NCBI GenBank assembly: GCA_964431655.1
Contig: CAYSKJ010000002.1
Coordinates: forward strand, 10,214 to 70,020
From: an uncultured bacterium
GTDB taxonomy: Bacteria; CAYMEV01
Length of the DNA stretch: 59,807 bases
Direction of reading: 5' to 3'
Shown piece by piece: positions 57,426 through 59,807 of the stretch. The notes under the pieces are model-generated. The model made no database searches. It was given only the letters and a program-made list of their open reading frames with translations, and had not been told where the DNA came from. A program made the position numbers and the translations under genes. Within the stretch, counting starts at the first letter, position 1; the number at the start of each line of letters is the position of its first letter.

Positions 57426-58709
57426 TCAAAAATAAATCATTGAAATAAGGTCGAAAAGATTGTTTTTTATATTTGCTTTTGAACTTTTCATTGATTTATC
57501 CAGTTCAGATATCCTGATTACTATATCCTGAAGCCTTTCTGCATTGTGCTTCCGGGCCCATCGGAAGACCTGATAGGCACGGTAGGGGTGGGATGCAAGA
57601 ATATTTACGCCTGCACTGCTGATCCATCTGCCCTCTTTTTTCATCTGCTCCGCAATACCTGGATAGGTATTGGCCTTAAAATAATTATAGCCCCTTTTTT
57701 CTATGTCTTTCAGATTATACCTGGAAATAATCTCATTTGAAAAAAGGGCATGGTGCAGGAAGGATGTCATCTGGGGAAGCAGTACAAATATGAAACTTTC
57801 CCTGTCTATTCCTTCAATAATAAGGCTCCCCCGGTAGATGTCCATTATAATACCGAAGGATGTATTAAAATCCGAATCGAATATCTGGTTTATTACATGA
57901 AATATATCTGCAGTGGATTCCTTTTTGACATTTTCTAATATGCATTCGTCATCAATAATACTGTCTTTTACCAGTGATTTAAGCTTGCCAAGCTCATTTT
58001 TGATTGCATCTATCTTGTTGGAGGTGAATTCGCAGAGCAGAGAAAGCGCATGGTCAGTGATCCTGATACCATTAGTCCTGGCATATTCAGAGATAAAACT
58101 CTTTACCGAAAGGTTGACCGGCTGATAACCGAACCCCTTTTTCCCCTTTACCAGGTCAAGCCTTACGGATATTTTCAGCATATTTTCCATTCTGCCTTTA
58201 TCATCCCTTTCAGACGCGACAATAAATACCAGATTGTATTCATTGGTGCGGGCCAGGAGAAACTTTTCAACATCCACCGTGCTTTCCGAAATATCCATGT
58301 CAAGAAGGTCCTGGAGCCTTTGCCTTTTGGAAAAAACCACAATCTTATCAAGCCCCAGCTCTGAATACGTCTTTTTATCCATTCTGTTTACAGCTTCATC
58401 GATGAATTCCTGGATATCTGTATCCCCTGCAAGGTTATACAGGTATTTAACAGCTCCCCGGGGATTTTTATCCAGGGACAGGCTTTTTGATTCCCTCTTC
58501 TTTTCCGCAGTAAACAGGTTCTCGACAATAAAAGCCCTTTTTACCCTTACCAGAGGGTTTGATGATATTTCGAATAAAAGCTTTTTTGTCCCGGTCTGAT
58601 TTATATCATATTCAAGAATCTGTTTTATATCAGGGTACATTGCCTCTATCTTGTTCTTCAAGAGATCAATGCTGTCAGTTTCGACAATATGTAGAAAGCT
58701 ATTCTTCAT
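57426..58709 (-). CDS. holA: Probable DNA polymerase III delta subunit (HolA-like) with N-terminal extension
   Basis: IDAIKNELGKLKSLV, ADIFHVINQIFDSDFNTSFGIIMDIY and SHPYRAYQVFRWARKHNAERLQDIVIRISELDKSMKS resemble HolA domain II/III signatures. At 427 aa it is longer than typical. Confidence 0.5.
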   Translation of the reverse strand: MKNSFLHIVETDSIDLLKNKIEAMYPDIKQILEYDINQTGTKKLLFEISSNPLVRVKRAFIVENLFTAEKKRESKSLSLDKNPRGAVKYLYNLAGDTDIQEFIDEAVNRMDKKTYSELGLDKIVVFSKRQRLQDLLDMDISESTVDVEKFLLARTNEYNLVFIVASERDDKGRMENMLKISVRLDLVKGKKGFGYQPVNLSVKSFISEYARTNGIRITDHALSLLCEFTSNKIDAIKNELGKLKSLVKDSIIDDECILENVKKESTADIFHVINQIFDSDFNTSFGIIMDIYRGSLIIEGIDRESFIFVLLPQMTSFLHHALFSNEIISRYNLKDIEKRGYNYFKANTYPGIAEQMKKEGRWISSAGVNILASHPYRAYQVFRWARKHNAERLQDIVIRISELDKSMKSSKANIKNNLFDLISMIYF

Positions 58710-59703
58710 CTTGCATTTTGTTTACTTCTTTTAGTTTCAGGTTTTCCTTGTTAAAAAACAGGAAACCCACAAGAATCATAGGCAGCATCTGAGAAATATG
58801 CAGGACTATGGCAAAGCTCCCAATGCTTGATATATTAGGGGAATATACCTTCAGGGCAAACTTCGCTGCTGCATGGTAGGGACCTATATAACCAGGGCTT
58901 GATGGCAGGGTGATGCCTATGGCAATCAGTATTACAGTCAGCATCGCTGCCCTTAAAGGCAGTTCCTTCAGGTCTTCAAAGCAGAAAAAGGCATAATAGA
59001 CATTAAGTATTACAGGAAGCCACACCCAGACGGAAAGCCACATCAGCTTCAAAAGGAATCTGGGGCTTTTAATGCAGTGGGATGCTTCCAGAAAGCGCTT
59101 CAGGATATTCTCTGCCTTTTCTCTGCCGTTTTCGTTCAGAAAAAAGAGCATCTTTCTGAAAATCCTGCTGAAAAAGTCTTCCTTAATCAGAATTATGAAG
59201 AAAAGCACAAAGGGAATGGTCGCCGCTACAGAGCCCAGGAGGAGGGTATTTCTGAGCTGTGCAGACACTGAATCATTCTTTATTAGAGTAATTATGAAAA
59301 ATGCAATAAAAATTACCAGCATGAAAAATAGATCCAGTATCCTTTCCAGAAAAACCAGGCCTATGGATATTGAGAAACTGGATCTGGTCTTCTGATTGAT
59401 AGTCCTTGCCTTGAGAAACTCACCCAGTCTTGCGGGAAGGACGCCGTTTCCGAAATAGCCTATCATAATTGCTGAGAAGGAATCCCAGAACCGCAGGGAG
59501 ACCTTCTTCTGCGCCATTACCCTGAAACGGTATGCCCTTATGAACAGTCCAAGCCACATTACCGCCTGGCTGGGGACCAGCCACCAGTAATTGGCTTCTT
59601 TAAGCGCATTTTTTATTTCTCCGAAGTCCATGTTGTGAAAGGTTATATACAGGAAAAAAGCGCTTATAACCAGTCCGAGAATTAGTTTTATATAATTTTT
59701 CAT
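58699..59703 (-). CDS. Flippase-like / lysylphosphatidylglycerol-synthase-TM-region family (UPF0104) membrane protein
   Basis: About 8 TM helices. GNGVLPARLGEFLKA signature. Confidence 0.7.
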   Translation of the reverse strand: MKNYIKLILGLVISAFFLYITFHNMDFGEIKNALKEANYWWLVPSQAVMWLGLFIRAYRFRVMAQKKVSLRFWDSFSAIMIGYFGNGVLPARLGEFLKARTINQKTRSSFSISIGLVFLERILDLFFMLVIFIAFFIITLIKNDSVSAQLRNTLLLGSVAATIPFVLFFIILIKEDFFSRIFRKMLFFLNENGREKAENILKRFLEASHCIKSPRFLLKLMWLSVWVWLPVILNVYYAFFCFEDLKELPLRAAMLTVILIAIGITLPSSPGYIGPYHAAAKFALKVYSPNISSIGSFAIVLHISQMLPMILVGFLFFNKENLKLKEVNKMQDEE

Positions 59704-59807
59704 ATTTCAAAAATCTTGCCCGGATTCATTATACCCCTGGGGTCAAAAATCCTTTTAATTTGTTTCATGATATCTATGACTCTGCAGTCCAGCTGATATT
59801 TTAAAAA
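59700..59807 (-). CDS. C-terminal 35 codons of an FAD-linked oxidase (GlcD / D-lactate dehydrogenase-like); N-terminus lies outside the window
   Basis: Hand translation gives ...IDIMKQIKRIFDPRGIMNPGKIFEI*, the typical FAD-oxidase C-terminal FDP.GI.NPGK motif. Its TGA overlaps the ATG of the next gene. Confidence 0.65.
   Translation of the reverse strand, partial: FLKYQLDCRVIDIMKQIKRIFDPRGIMNPGKIFEI

Noticed and set aside
59700-59807. The GlcD-like fragment as the LctD-type partner of the Etf genes
   Set aside because: It is separated from etfBA by seven genes, including unrelated ones (UPF0104 membrane protein, holA-like), and only 35 codons are visible. Adjacency typical of lctBCD clusters is absent.

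Overview
A 59.8-kb, gene-dense stretch of bacterial chromosome. It is moderately AT-rich, uses AGG/AGA Arg and ATA Ile codons heavily, and its gene content suggests an uncultured anaerobe. I found no rRNA, tRNA, CRISPR array, transposase or integrase. I call about 50 CDS. Housekeeping blocks are leuS with a dGTPase-like gene, a HAD hydrolase, a phosphoesterase and PBP1A; ribD-ribE-ribBA-ribH-nusB; a leuCD-like pair; a MetRS-like ligase; and a holA-like gene. Four regions deserve a second look. (1) 21.3-29.6 kb holds two adjacent giant proteins (1406 and 1324 aa). Each has two class-III nucleotide-cyclase domains, a P-loop STAND/AAA_16 NTPase and a long TPR array. The paired cyclase domains have lost complementary catalytic residues, like the C1/C2 domains of mammalian adenylyl cyclase. 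A V4R-like small protein lies downstream, and a degraded gene relic and hairpin repeats flank the cluster. (2) 49.9-57.3 kb is a five-gene operon that joins a NuoE/NuoF-type (Bfu/Stn-like) flavin-bifurcation module, including a 1144-aa 2Fe2S-GltD-FdhA-like fusion, to etfB-etfA by a 4-nt translational overlap. No dehydrogenase partner is present. (3) 30.2-35.0 kb is an Nqr/Rnf hybrid operon: Rnf-sized B, C, D and E subunits plus NqrF. It has no NqrA/RnfC/RnfB gene and ends with two unknown co-transcribed proteins. (4) 35.8-38.9 kb encodes a RadC-type JAMM/JAB domain fused to an Fe-S DinG helicase, followed by an HDIG protein. Smaller oddities are a REC-histidine kinase whose phospho-accepting His is Tyr, a MetRS-like enzyme with KASSS in place of KMSKS, a C-terminal repeat module shared by two secreted proteins 40 kb apart, and a 29-nt hairpin element present three times. 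All domain calls rest on motif recognition by eye in the supplied translations or my own hand translations. No searches or statistics were run.
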